Made by a program: the position numbers and the translations under genes. 64,000 nt of DNA. Origin: an uncultured Gemmatimonadaceae bacterium. GTDB taxonomy: Bacteria; Gemmatimonadota; Gemmatimonadetes; Gemmatimonadales; Gemmatimonadaceae. The DNA lies in the NCBI GenBank assembly GCA_963740355.1, contig CAVUDW010000003.1, positions 352,001 to 416,000 on the forward strand, written 5' to 3'. The notes beneath the pieces are model-generated. The model saw only the letters and a list, made by a program, of their open reading frames with translations, ran no database searches and was not told the DNA's origin. Positions 18,282-27,963 of this stretch are shown in pieces. Position 1 is the stretch's first letter, and each line of letters opens with the position of its first letter.

Positions 18282-18367
18282 GAGGGTGAAACGTGCACGC
18301 TTCCGACCGCTGCGGTACCCCAGCACCAGGCGCTGGGGCTTCACATACGTGCAGAAAGCGGCAACCA

Positions 18368-18379
18368 CGACAGATGTCG
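18368..18379. promoter_or_regulatory. Candidate LuxR-type box (CGACA-GA-TGTCG) in a divergent promoter
   Basis: Palindrome between the LuxR gene and the DUF2231 gene; matches the 17666 site. Confidence 0.5.
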
Positions 18380-18461
18380 GATAGGCGGTAAGCCCCGCGG
18401 ATGCGAAGGTGTGGGTGTGCTTCGGGAGCGTCCCGAGAGCACTTCACCCCTGGAGGCATTC

Positions 18462-19022
18462 ATGAACGGCTCATTTGCGGCACTACTGCCCACGCCGCTG
18501 CACCCTGCCATCGTGCATCTCCCGATGGCCCTCGCAGTCCTCGTCCCGATCTTCGCCGTGGCCGCACTGGTGGCGGTTCGGAGGGGGGCGCGACCGATTC
18601 GTGCGTGGAGCATTACCGTGGCGATGTTTGCGGCGCTCACGCTGAGCAGTTGGGTCTCCGTGGAAACCGGCGAAGATCAGGAAGACCGGGTCGAGTCGAC
18701 GGTTCCGCGCGCCGCATTCCATGCGCATGAGGACGCTGCCTCACTCTTCCTCTGGATGTCGGCTGGCGTGCTAGGCATCGCCGGCATCGGGTTGTTGGCA
18801 TCACGGGCTGGATCGACGGCGAGGTGGGTGGCGACTGCTGGATCAGCCGCACTGCTCGTGGCAGGGTACCGCGTTGGGCATACGGGCGGCGCGATGGTTT
18901 ACACCTACGGTGCGGCGAGCGCCTACACTGACAGCGCGGCGGTGGCGGCTGGCAACGCCGCCACGACGTCTTCTGGACGTGCGCGTGCGAGTGGCGACGC
19001 CGACGACGACGACAATCGGTAG
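18462..19022 (+). CDS. DUF2231-like membrane protein
   Basis: RBS GGAGG; PLHPAIVHLPMAL, HAHE, GHTGGAMVY; four TM segments. Confidence 0.8.
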   Translation: MNGSFAALLPTPLHPAIVHLPMALAVLVPIFAVAALVAVRRGARPIRAWSITVAMFAALTLSSWVSVETGEDQEDRVESTVPRAAFHAHEDAASLFLWMSAGVLGIAGIGLLASRAGSTARWVATAGSAALLVAGYRVGHTGGAMVYTYGAASAYTDSAAVAAGNAATTSSGRARASGDADDDDNR

Positions 19023-19200
19023 CGAGCGGCTCGAGCGGCTCGAGCGAGGTACCGTCACGCGCTCATGAAATATCGTGGATGTTTCAACTGTCGAGGTGCC
19101 GCGAGCACGCAACATGCACTGACGATTCATCGCTGCCCTGTCGCTGCGTCACCGTGTCGCGCGCTGACGGGCAGCCTGGATCACGATCAACGGAGGTTTC

Positions 19201-19716
19201 ATGCACATGACTTCATGGCGCACACTGCAGGCATCGGCACTCATCTTGGCTGTCGGCTCGCTCGCTGCCTGCGCTGGCAAGACTGCGGAGAAGGCCAGCG
19301 ACTCTGCCGCGACTGCGGCGCCGGTCACGGCTGAGCCATCGGCGGCCGCATCGAAGATGGAGTGGACGACGACGCTGGAGCCGCGAGGCGGTACGAATGT
19401 GCGCGGCACTGCGTCAGTCGCGGCAGGGGCGACCTCCGGCACTACGACGGCGGCGGTGTCCATCACTGGCGCGCCGAAGGGTGGGACGCACCCGTGGCAC
19501 GTGCATGTCGGGACATGCGCCGCCAGCGGGGCAATCGTCGGAGCGGCTGACGCCTACACACCGCTGAAGGCTGACGACAATGGCGCGGCCAATTCCAGTG
19601 CTACGCTCAATGTCGCGACGCCGACCACCGGCGAGTATCACGTGAACGTGCACCTGTCACCGACCGAGATGGGTACCATCGTGTCGTGCGGCGACCTGAA
19701 GATGGCTGGGATGTAA
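19201..19716 (+). CDS. Lipoprotein with a Cu/Zn-SOD-like (His-rich) domain
   Basis: RBS GGAGG; lipobox LAAC; HPWHVHVGTC, YHVNVH, IVSCGDL. Confidence 0.75.
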   Translation: MHMTSWRTLQASALILAVGSLAACAGKTAEKASDSAATAAPVTAEPSAAASKMEWTTTLEPRGGTNVRGTASVAAGATSGTTTAAVSITGAPKGGTHPWHVHVGTCAASGAIVGAADAYTPLKADDNGAANSSATLNVATPTTGEYHVNVHLSPTEMGTIVSCGDLKMAGM

Positions 19717-19741
19717 GCACCGGCTACGAGGCTGAACGTGC

Positions 19742-19782
19742 GGGGTCGGTGCCTTATGTTTGGGGCACCGGCCCCTTTGTTT
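19742..19782 (+). terminator. Rho-independent terminator
   Basis: GGGGTCGGTGCC..GGCACCGGCCCC stem followed by TTTGTTT, 25 nt after the stop at 19716. Confidence 0.7.
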
Positions 19783-19929
19783 GACCCGCGCCAACGAGGG
19801 GTGGCTCTTCCAGGAACGCTCGCCCGCACCGTCGGGCGGTTGTCCCTGGCCCACATCGCATCCCTGCGCGCCGACATGGCACCTCAGGTCACGCCTTTCA
19901 TCACAACGACGGCTGTGCGTGACGACGGC

Positions 19930-20667
19930 ATGTCGCTGCGCACCAGCTACGATGAATTTCGCGCGCGCGAGATCGATTTTTACAAGGAAATCATTCCGCA
20001 TCAGCAACTGATGCGCCTCGCCGACAGCGCGCTCCAGAGCATGGAGGCGCGGGGCGAGCTCATGCTCGGCGATGTGATGCTGAAATACGAAGTCGACGAC
20101 ATCGTCGCCGCTCGCCTTCGCCTGCCCTCCTTCCGCGCCTGGACACGCCGTCAGTCAGGCGGGGGCGGTGTGCTCCGCCCCTGGTCAGACCGCGCCGACC
20201 AACTGGCTCTCGAACTACCCACTGTTGCATCGAGTGCGGTCGTCCTGCTGCTGCAGCCACGCTCCGCAGATCTCTGGCAGGCCCTGAGCGGACATCGGCA
20301 TCATACGCTGGTCGTGGAACCAGACGACGAGCGTCGAGCGCGGCTGCTGGATGACGCCCACCGCGTCGACGGCGGTGAATACGTGACGGCCCTCCCCGCC
20401 TACGACGCGATCGATCCCGAGACGCTGTTTTCCTCGGTCTGCTATTCGCCGGCCGCCTGCGCCGATCTTGCAGACTGGGAAGCCGAGGAGCTGATCGAGT
20501 CGCTCAAGCAGCGGACGGTGCGGGGTGGCTGGCATGTGGTGGATGGCCTTTTGCGCGACCGCGCCTCGGTCCCACGCTCGATGCTCAAGCGGAGTTATGC
20601 CACCTGGGTGAAGCAAAAGCGGCGCGGCGCCGGCGACAGCACCTTCGTCGCAGCGCACTCAGGCTGA
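19930..20667 (+). CDS. Hypothetical protein, possibly with a degenerate SAM-methyltransferase-like C-terminal domain
   Basis: Helical N-terminus (SLRTSYDEF..RLRLPSFRAW); C-terminal 'LIESLKQRTVRGGWHVV'. Start uncertain (19876 or 19930). Confidence 0.6.
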   Translation: MSLRTSYDEFRAREIDFYKEIIPHQQLMRLADSALQSMEARGELMLGDVMLKYEVDDIVAARLRLPSFRAWTRRQSGGGGVLRPWSDRADQLALELPTVASSAVVLLLQPRSADLWQALSGHRHHTLVVEPDDERRARLLDDAHRVDGGEYVTALPAYDAIDPETLFSSVCYSPAACADLADWEAEELIESLKQRTVRGGWHVVDGLLRDRASVPRSMLKRSYATWVKQKRRGAGDSTFVAAHSG

Positions 20668-20712
20668 TCGGAACACACCGCCATGCGCTACCACCGGCGG
20701 GACGCCATCAAT

Positions 20713-20755
20713 CCGGTGACAGTGCACTCATTTCCGAAATCCGGTGACAGTGCAC
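20713..20755 (+). repeat. Two direct REP-like 15-mers
   Basis: CCGGTGACAGTGCAC at 20713 and 20741, each followed by TCA; between convergent genes. Confidence 0.95.
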
Positions 20756-20783
20756 TCAATGCAAAGCTGCTGCGCCGAGACGT

Positions 20784-21218
20784 CTATGTGCTGGCTGGTT
20801 CAGCGCGGATCAGCGTCCCGCGCAGCTCCGTACCCGGCGAGACAGTGTTGAAGACCGTGCCGTACTTCTGAACGTTTGCGTGCAGCAGGGCCAGCCGCTG
20901 CTCTGATTCGTCGGTGTCGACACGCAGCTCATAAGTGATCGACTCGAGGCGAGGCGGAACGTCCTGACGTACCGCAGTGATTGTGACCGAGACGCCTCGC
21001 AGCGCAAAGTGCAGCATCGGCGCGATGCGCTCGATACCCTTTAGCATGCACGCCGCCAGCGCAGCGAGCAGCAACTCGGCGGGATTGAACGCATCCATCC
21101 GGCCAGCGAGGTCGGTGTCGAGTGTCAGCGTCGCATTCTTGCAGGATGCCGTGCTGCCGTGAGCATCGTCACGATGCGCGGAGACGCGGTACTCCAGTGG
21201 CGGCTTTGCATCTGTCAT
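20784..21218 (-). CDS. OsmC family protein
   Basis: FNPAELLLAALAAC, KYGTVFNTV; ATG 21218. Confidence 0.9.
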   Translation of the reverse strand: MTDAKPPLEYRVSAHRDDAHGSTASCKNATLTLDTDLAGRMDAFNPAELLLAALAACMLKGIERIAPMLHFALRGVSVTITAVRQDVPPRLESITYELRVDTDESEQRLALLHANVQKYGTVFNTVSPGTELRGTLIRAEPAST

Positions 21219-21286
21219 GCGCGAGTTCCTCCCGAGGCGGTGGACGTGATCGAAAGATAGCCTCTGAGCACCGTCCCCGACCCAAT

Positions 21287-21301
21287 CCGGTGACAGTGCA
21301 C
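21287..21301 (+). repeat. REP-like 15-mer (direct)
   Basis: Exact CCGGTGACAGTGCAC between the marR and osmC genes. Confidence 0.95.
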
Positions 21302-21405
21302 ACAATGGCTATCCACCGCGCCGCGGAGTGGATTCAGGCGTACCCGGCCGGCTGGCCGCTCCCCGCCACTCTGCACCCGAATTCACGCGCGCTCCGTCAG
21401 CCGAA

Positions 21406-21933
21406 TCAGTCGACAGCCACCCCGTGGATGCCGACATGGGCAACGACACCCTTGAGCGTCGCGAGCAGCTGCGCTCGAGCCTCCGCATCGAGGTGCCCGA
21501 ATGCCTGGTCATCGTTGTCGTCGGCGAGCGCGGCGAGTATCGGTACGAGACGTCTGCCCGAGGCCCGCAGCACGATCAGCTGCGCGCGACCGTCCTCCGG
21601 ATCACTGCGGACCGACACCAGTTCCTTGGCGAACAGGCGATCGATGAGCTTCGATATCGCGCCGCGCGTCAGCCCAAGCCTTGCCGCCAGCTCACTCGGC
21701 TTGATGCCATCGCCGTCGAACAAGGCGCGCAACACGACCCACTCCGCGACCGTCACGCCCTGCTGCTCGACCTTCGTCTTGAAGGCGTGCGAGGCATGGT
21801 TCGAGACGACCCTCAGCCAGTAGCCGAGATGTGATTCGAGCGCGCTGACCCCATTTCGGTCCGGCGTCCGCTGGATGGGGCCGGCCTCGCGAACCGCCGC
21901 GAGCACCGAGCTATTGCGGGAAATGTTCGACAT
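21406..21933 (-). CDS. MarR family regulator
   Basis: HLGYWLR..VTVAEWVVLRAL..PSELAARLGLTRGAISKLIDRL..DGRAQ. Start uncertain (21933 ATG or 21906 GTG). Confidence 0.88.
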   Translation of the reverse strand: MSNISRNSSVLAAVREAGPIQRTPDRNGVSALESHLGYWLRVVSNHASHAFKTKVEQQGVTVAEWVVLRALFDGDGIKPSELAARLGLTRGAISKLIDRLFAKELVSVRSDPEDGRAQLIVLRASGRRLVPILAALADDNDDQAFGHLDAEARAQLLATLKGVVAHVGIHGVAVD

Positions 21934-22312
21934 GTGTTTCCGCAGTCCGACCAAAGTAGACGACGCGTTTCCCAAGGAACGAGACCATGTACCCCGCACA
22001 CCCTGCCGCCCGCACCTTCGTGTTGAATCCCGCATAGGAGTAGCCGGGTGCGTTGGTTTGCGCCTCACGCACCGCCTCCTGGATCGCAGTGACGTCGAAG
22101 GTGGCGGCGATCGGTCTCGCCGGTGTCGGCATCGCCAGTTGGACGCTGTCGCCGCTCGCACTGAAGTACGTGGCGGTCCCGCGACGATAGTCCACGTCAT
22201 ACCCCTCGAAGCCGGCGCTGATTAGCGTGCCGACGATCGCAGGAAAGGTCATCGGGCCGCCGTAGGCCGCATCGAGGCACCTCTGCGCGACCGCGGTCAG
22301 ATCCTCGGGCAT
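21911..22312 (-). CDS. DUF1398 family protein
   Basis: RBS GGGGAGG; MTFPAIVGTL..GFEGYDVDYR, AGCAGYMVSFLGKRVVYFGRTAETHVEHFP. Confidence 0.85.
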   Translation of the reverse strand: MPEDLTAVAQRCLDAAYGGPMTFPAIVGTLISAGFEGYDVDYRRGTATYFSASGDSVQLAMPTPARPIAATFDVTAIQEAVREAQTNAPGYSYAGFNTKVRAAGCAGYMVSFLGKRVVYFGRTAETHVEHFPQ

Positions 22313-22409
22313 CTCAGCTCGTCCTCCCCAGTGTGTGACTATTCGCGTTTCGAACCGACAACCCAAATATAGTTGCCTAGTCACTCATGTGAAGGCCTTG
22401 TCGTTGAAA

Positions 22410-22465
22410 TCCGGTGACAGTGCACTCATTGCGTAATTCGGTGACACAACCCGGTGACAGTGCAC
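22410..22465 (+). repeat. Left REP-like cluster flanking the transposase (two full direct copies and one partial)
   Basis: Copies at 22411 and 22451, partial CGGTGACA at about 22439. The transposase stop codon (22466-22468) abuts the second copy. Confidence 0.95.
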
Positions 22466-23140
22466 TCATTCGCCGACCGGCGCGCGAAGCGGCCTGCGCC
22501 CCGGCCTCCCGGGCCGCAAGCGACGCCTCGTCTGCGACTCCAACTGCGCCACGAACTCGGCCGACCCCGCCGGCCGACCGATCGTTTCACCGGCGCGGAT
22601 CCGTCGCAGGCGATCCTCATCGCCTGCCTCGCCCAGGTACGCCCGCATGTCGTCAATTCGCGCACGCATCAGATCGGGCTCCGTAAGGCCGTCGCCTGTG
22701 TGCGCCAGATAGGCGCGGGCGCTCGACCATCGCCACGCCAATGCCGTCCGTACGAGATTCGCGCGCACGGGATTGAGCAGGACGTACCGCAGCGCCTCGT
22801 AGAGATGCGGATCATCCATCGGTACCGACCCGTAACGCCCCTGCCAGAAGTGTCCCGTGACACCTCGGCTGCTGTTGAGGCAGCCGGCGTACGTGCGATG
22901 CACGGCGGACAGTGTGCGCCGCAACCCATCCTCGCACGCAGGCACGAGGATCAGGTGCGCGTGATTGGGCATGAGGCAATACGCGAGGCAGCGCACACGC
23001 GCCTCGGAACACGCCTCGCAGAGGAGGCGCAGGTACAGCGCGTAGTCTCCCGCTGAGAAGAACACCTGCTGCCGCCCATTGCCACGTTGCGTGACGTGAT
23101 GGGCGACACCGGGGATGACGAGGCGGGCAAGGCGAGCCAT
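22466..23140 (-). mobile_element. HUH/Y1 tyrosine transposase (RAYT / TnpA-REP-like, IS200/IS605 superfamily), no tnpB
   Basis: MARLAR..HHVTQRGN, YCLMPNHAHL (HUH), GHFWQGRY, LRYVLLNPVRA (catalytic Tyr), WRWSS; flanked by inverted repeat clusters. Confidence 0.93.
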
Positions 23141-23230
23141 ATGACGTATGGTGTGGGCACGAAACGCCGCCTTGCGGCAGCACGTGGCACCATCCTAAGA
23201 CGACTCGCCGCCCGCGACCTACCCAATTCT

Positions 23231-23275
23231 GTGCACTGTCACCGGTTTACACGCAATGAGTGCACTGTCACCGGA
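23231..23275 (-). repeat. Right REP-like cluster flanking the transposase (two inverted copies)
   Basis: GTGCACTGTCACCGG at 23231 and 23260; 23251-23275 is the exact reverse complement of 22410-22434 (25 bp). Confidence 0.95.
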
Positions 23276-23276
23276 A

Positions 23277-23762
23277 TTAGGGCTTCCGTGGCGCGGGGGC
23301 CGGTGCCGGCGCGCTGCCCGACGTGCGACCAGTGTTCGGCGAGGTGCCGGCGTTAGGCTTCGGCAACGGCTTGCCCGTGATCGGACGTTCGACACCCTGC
23401 ACCGTCCGTCGCTCGACTTCGAGATCGTCGAGATCATCGTCACCACCTGCGCGCGCCGTGCCGCCGCCGGTATTCGGCGAGACGCCGGCACCTGATTTCA
23501 CCGGCGGCCTGCCGGAGGTCGTCGGTGTGTTGACGCCCTGTACCGTGCGCTTCGTGCCAACATAGATGTCGTCCTCCGTCTGCGTGCCCGGGCCAGTCGT
23601 GGCGCGCGTGTTCACCGGCGGTTTGGTGGTCGGCGCATTCGGGGTGATGGTCTTGGGCGCCGTCTTGGGAGTCGGTGCCGGTGGCGCCGACTGCGCGAAG
23701 ACCGAGGCACTCGTCAGCATGACGGCGCAGACGACGGCGGACAGGCGACTGAAGCGTTGCAT
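23277..23762 (-). CDS. Exported Pro/Thr/Gly-rich protein with an internal duplication
   Basis: RBS GAGGAG; signal peptide (SVFA-Q); two DD..RTVQGV..G.P..K..AG.SPNTG units. Confidence 0.75.
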   Translation of the reverse strand: MQRFSRLSAVVCAVMLTSASVFAQSAPPAPTPKTAPKTITPNAPTTKPPVNTRATTGPGTQTEDDIYVGTKRTVQGVNTPTTSGRPPVKSGAGVSPNTGGGTARAGGDDDLDDLEVERRTVQGVERPITGKPLPKPNAGTSPNTGRTSGSAPAPAPAPRKP

Positions 23763-23829
23763 TTGTCACTCCTCGAAGAATTTGGGACAGCGTTGAGACT
23801 GACAGATCGTGACGCGAGAGACTCGCGTC

Positions 23830-25227
23830 TTATCGCACACGAACCATGTGCAGCGTGATCCCCGCACCCGGTTCGTCCAGCACCAGGTTGAGCACCCGCC
23901 CGCCGCGGATGCCTTCGAACGACGCGTGAAACCGACGCGTCCGCCCCTGAAAATTGTTGCCGAACGCGATCGTCCAGTTGTCGACCACGGAGAAATTCCC
24001 CCGGTACGACACGTTCTGGCTGCGGATGCTGCCGACCATTCCAGTCGCACTGGCCACATCCATCTGATACGATGCGCCGGTGAACGACACGGTGGTGTTG
24101 CCACCGGCGTACATCATCCCTGCCGCACGGCCCGTCGCCGCATACACCATGCTCGTGCCCGAAGCGAAATTGTCGCTCCACGTACCGACGAAATCCCTCG
24201 GCGACACCGCGAACCTGTTGCGTCCGGCCATCGCGACCCATCGATCCCATGCCGTCTCGTTCTGCCGGTACGGCCCGAACTCTCGCTCGAACGTCGCCTT
24301 GTCTGGCGTCGCGAACTCCATCCAGTGTGTGTTCCTGTTCGGGTGACTGAACAGCACGACGTACATCCTGCGACCGGTCTCGATGTCGGTGGCCGTTCCC
24401 GCCGCGTAGTTGATCGGTTCGTAGCCGCCAGGGTTATTCCGCTCGACAACGAAGTCCGTCAGGTCACGGTACCGCGGCGCCACCAGCAGATTCCAGAACA
24501 GCGTCGTCTGCTCGGCAAGCACGGACATGTACGCCTTCTCTTCTTCGCGCGCGTAGTGCAGCACCACCCGCAGGTCTCCCTTCGTGACCTTCGTGTAGCT
24601 CTCCCCGATGACACTCGTCCACCCGTCGTCGAAATTCGTCGTGCTGAAGGCAAAGGCGCCCGGCGCAGTTTCCGCCGAGGCAGCGTTCTCCGTGACAGGC
24701 GCAGGCGTACTCGCCACCGCTGGCGGGGTTGCAGGAACGTTCGCGCCCGCTGCCGCTGGCTCGACCGCGGCAACGGCCGTCACCGGCCCCGATGGAGTCG
24801 CTGCTGCTGCGACCGTGACCGAGCGCTGCGAGATCTCGGCAGTGTAGAGCCAGCGATCCTTCTTGCCCGTCACGAACGACAGCAGCACGGACGATGCTCC
24901 GTCCTTGTCGGCGATGCCTGTCGTCGAGTCACGCGCACTCATCGTGACGGTCCAGCCGGAGCGCTGCACCGACGCGATGATCTCCGTCGTGGGTGGCGCG
25001 CTGAGTGAGAGCCGAAACACCTCGAGACGAGGACCGAGCTTCACTCCCTCACGCACCGCATCGAGCTTCAGAGACTCGCGGGCTGTTGCACGGTAGAGAA
25101 AGTTCGCGCTCACCGACGTGCCGTCGGGCAATCCCGTCCCGAGTAATGCCGACGTCACCGATGCGGCAGCCTGCGCGAAGCAGACGGCTGGGACCAGCAG
25201 CATTGCGAGGCCTGCACTGAACTTCAC
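23830..25227 (-). CDS. Exported two-domain hypothetical protein
   Basis: RBS AGGAG before GTG 25227; signal-like N-terminus; Pro/Ala linker; beta-rich C-terminal domain. Confidence 0.7.
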   Translation of the reverse strand: MKFSAGLAMLLVPAVCFAQAAASVTSALLGTGLPDGTSVSANFLYRATARESLKLDAVREGVKLGPRLEVFRLSLSAPPTTEIIASVQRSGWTVTMSARDSTTGIADKDGASSVLLSFVTGKKDRWLYTAEISQRSVTVAAAATPSGPVTAVAAVEPAAAGANVPATPPAVASTPAPVTENAASAETAPGAFAFSTTNFDDGWTSVIGESYTKVTKGDLRVVLHYAREEEKAYMSVLAEQTTLFWNLLVAPRYRDLTDFVVERNNPGGYEPINYAAGTATDIETGRRMYVVLFSHPNRNTHWMEFATPDKATFEREFGPYRQNETAWDRWVAMAGRNRFAVSPRDFVGTWSDNFASGTSMVYAATGRAAGMMYAGGNTTVSFTGASYQMDVASATGMVGSIRSQNVSYRGNFSVVDNWTIAFGNNFQGRTRRFHASFEGIRGGRVLNLVLDEPGAGITLHMVRVR

Positions 25228-25366
25228 GCCTTGACTCCTGCAAATGGTGATCGACCCGCATCCTCGGGCGTGCCACAAGATCTTCCAACATCTGGCGTAT
25301 TTCTGCGGGTTGCACGCACCCGCAACCGCGAGGTGCACTGGTAGCGTGCCCCGTTCAGTCATCGCT

Positions 25367-27748
25367 TCAGTAGGGCATCCACATGAATGCGTTCGCAAGT
25401 CCGGTGAAGGCCACGAACATTCCCGAAGCACGAGCGCCTGGGTCGTATTGATTGTTCGAACCGAACGCCACGTACGCACCGGTCCGCGAGATCGACACGC
25501 CGCTTGGTGAGTTGTTGGTCATCGTCGTCACGGGACGCGTTTCCCCGGTGATGTTGTTGTGCATGAAGATGTTGCCTTCAGGTGCGCCGAGGTTCTTCGC
25601 GGCGGACGCGAAGGCCACCCACTCGCCGCTCGAAGAAAGTGCGAGTCGGCCACCCTGCTCGACCGGCGAATCACCATTCGCCTCGGCGCCAGACGAGGTG
25701 ACACTGGCCCGCTGCACACGCCCGCTGCGCAGGTCCACGACGAACACATCCTGCAGTCCATTTGCATCGCCCGGCACGAGATTCGTCGCCGTGGTGGCAA
25801 ACGCGACGACGTTGCCATCGCCTGAGATCGCCGGCGCGACTTCGCGGCTCGCACTTTCGTTGCCCTGGTTACGCTCTCCACCCGCAGAGGTCCGACTGAC
25901 GCGTGAGAGGCCGCCCGTACTCTGATCGAAGACGAAGATGTCCCAGAGGCCATTCCTGTCACCGGTGACGAGGTCGGCGGAGAAACTCTGGAATGCGATC
26001 CGCGCGCCGTCCTCGGAGATGGACGGCTTCGAGCCACCCACTGCGCTGCCTTTGACACCGCGTGTCACGAGTGTCGTCTGCTTGGCTTGCAGGTCGCGCC
26101 GATAGACGTTCGGCGTGCTGACGCCAACCACGCCAGGCGTGAGATTGCTCGCGCTGCTGGTGAACGCGACCACGCGACCATCGCCCGATACCGTGGGTTC
26201 GTACGAGTCCGCGTTCCCCTCGACGCCGCCACTGCCGATGCTGATTCGGGTGACTGAAGTGGGGAGCAAGCCATTGGCGGCGGACCACACGAACACATCA
26301 CGCACCTTGTTGCCGTCACCCGGCACGAGGTTGGTGGCATGCGACTCGAAGGCCACTGTCAGGCCGTCAGCTGAAATCGACGGAGCGAAGCTGTCAGCGT
26401 CACCCGGTGTGCCATCGGCGGCGGCGCTGAGCAACTGCGTGTTGCCGGTGAGGCGGTCGCGCCAGTAGACCTGCCGCGCCTTCACCGGCCGATCGACCAG
26501 CCCACTCGCACCCGACATGAACGCCACGAATCGCCCCTCGCCGAAGCCGGCGAACGTGCTCCCTACCGGATCAGCAGCCCCGCCGACGACCGCATCCTTG
26601 CTCTCGTAGAACGTCGCACGCACGGTGCCGGCTGAATTCGTGCTGATGTGTTCGAACCGCGTCTCACAGCCCACGCGCAGACCGGGCTGTCCCTGCGGCA
26701 TGATGCCGATCGCACCTTGGTATGCCACACAGGTCACGTTGCTCCCGACTGGTGTCGCGGTGACGGTGTACGGCGTGCCATTTGCTCGCGGAGGCGCAAA
26801 GGTGAAGCTCTGCTCGTTGTAGCGATCAGTTCCACCGATGAAGACTGGCACCGTGACGGTCAGCGGCACGCCGCTGCCATTCACCGTCAAGGCCGCGCGT
26901 GCACCGACTGGTCCACGCAGGATGCCGCCGAGCGGGGAGGTGCCGCCCGCTCGCGGCCCGATGGTGACCGGGAGTCGCGTACGCGGCGGGATCAGCGTGC
27001 CTGAGCCACGGCCGCCAGTCGGCGCTGTTCCAGGCCCGGGTTCGGCGCCCGCTCCGACCACAGGCGGTGGCGCGGCGGCGGTGCAATTCGCTGTGACATA
27101 GATGTCTGAGTAGGCGCGGATGACGAGCGTGTCACCGACCGACTTCACCGCCCACGGCTCGGCAGCGGTGATGGGACAGGTTCGCCCCGCCGGGCTGCCG
27201 GCGCGCCAGACTCGCACCGTGCTGGCCGCGTCGATCATGCGAGTGAACCCGCCCTGGCGAGTTGGCGCGGTCACGTCGATCGGATCGGCGCCATCCATGC
27301 CGAAGCGGACAGTTTCGCCGTCGGCCGTGCCAAACGCGCGCACGATCACGCTAAACGTCGAGGGCACGTCCTTGCAGTCGGCGAATACGACCAGCGAGCT
27401 GCCAGTGGCGGTCCCGGTCTGGTTGGACAATCGGCAGGTGCGTGGGCCGGCGGTCTGCGTCACGGAATACGCCATCCCGCGCGGGACGGGCTGCGCGAAC
27501 GACTTCGGGTTTTCGTAAGTCAGCCCCGTCCACGACCCCGCGGCGTACACCACCTGCTGGCTGCCAAGTGTGAACGTGAACGCATCGTCCATCGAGCGGC
27601 CAGCGACGAGCACGGAGATCGTGGTGCCGGCGAGGGTCTGGGTTGCACCGTTCCGGGGCGGGAGGGTCTGCTGTGCCCTCAGGAGGAGGGGCATGGCGGC
27701 GACGAGCGTCGCCCCCGAACAGGCCAGCGCACGGAAGGATCGAGTCAT
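25367..27748 (-). CDS. Exported protein with TolB-like/PD40 beta-propeller and Ig-like repeats
   Basis: Signal peptide; repeated PSISADG..VAF.S.A.NLVPGD.N..RDVFV blades. Confidence 0.88.
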   Translation of the reverse strand: MTRSFRALACSGATLVAAMPLLLRAQQTLPPRNGATQTLAGTTISVLVAGRSMDDAFTFTLGSQQVVYAAGSWTGLTYENPKSFAQPVPRGMAYSVTQTAGPRTCRLSNQTGTATGSSLVVFADCKDVPSTFSVIVRAFGTADGETVRFGMDGADPIDVTAPTRQGGFTRMIDAASTVRVWRAGSPAGRTCPITAAEPWAVKSVGDTLVIRAYSDIYVTANCTAAAPPPVVGAGAEPGPGTAPTGGRGSGTLIPPRTRLPVTIGPRAGGTSPLGGILRGPVGARAALTVNGSGVPLTVTVPVFIGGTDRYNEQSFTFAPPRANGTPYTVTATPVGSNVTCVAYQGAIGIMPQGQPGLRVGCETRFEHISTNSAGTVRATFYESKDAVVGGAADPVGSTFAGFGEGRFVAFMSGASGLVDRPVKARQVYWRDRLTGNTQLLSAAADGTPGDADSFAPSISADGLTVAFESHATNLVPGDGNKVRDVFVWSAANGLLPTSVTRISIGSGGVEGNADSYEPTVSGDGRVVAFTSSASNLTPGVVGVSTPNVYRRDLQAKQTTLVTRGVKGSAVGGSKPSISEDGARIAFQSFSADLVTGDRNGLWDIFVFDQSTGGLSRVSRTSAGGERNQGNESASREVAPAISGDGNVVAFATTATNLVPGDANGLQDVFVVDLRSGRVQRASVTSSGAEANGDSPVEQGGRLALSSSGEWVAFASAAKNLGAPEGNIFMHNNITGETRPVTTMTNNSPSGVSISRTGAYVAFGSNNQYDPGARASGMFVAFTGLANAFMWMPY

Positions 27749-27919
27749 GACGTGGTAGCGGAGATGGGAGACATCCACCAACGTCAGACGTCAGGGTCCG
27801 GCAAACATTCTCAGCCGTCGGGCGGGCGGCGTTCCGAGGCGTGCCGCGTCCCGGCGACGCGCAGGGCGATCGCACGTCGCCGGGCGGTTGCGAATGGCGA
27901 GATCCCGGACGTTGAATCA

Positions 27920-27933
27920 GTGCACTGTCACCG
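27920..27933 (-). repeat. REP-like repeat (inverted, 14/15 match)
   Basis: GTGCACTGTCACCG(A), 30 nt past the stop codon at 27964. Confidence 0.9.
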
Positions 27934-27963
27934 AATTCCCGGACTTCCGGCAGTGAGATAGCG

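Noticed and set aside
22368..22388. Possible MarR operator ATAGTTGCCTAGTCACTCAT upstream of DUF1398
   Set aside because: Only weakly palindromic (about 6 of 10 positions); not supportable without comparative data.
22466..23140. Classical IS200/IS605 element with TnpB/IscB, or an integron integrase
   Set aside because: No adjacent RuvC-type ORF and no tyrosine-recombinase motifs; the protein is a stand-alone HUH/Y1 enzyme.
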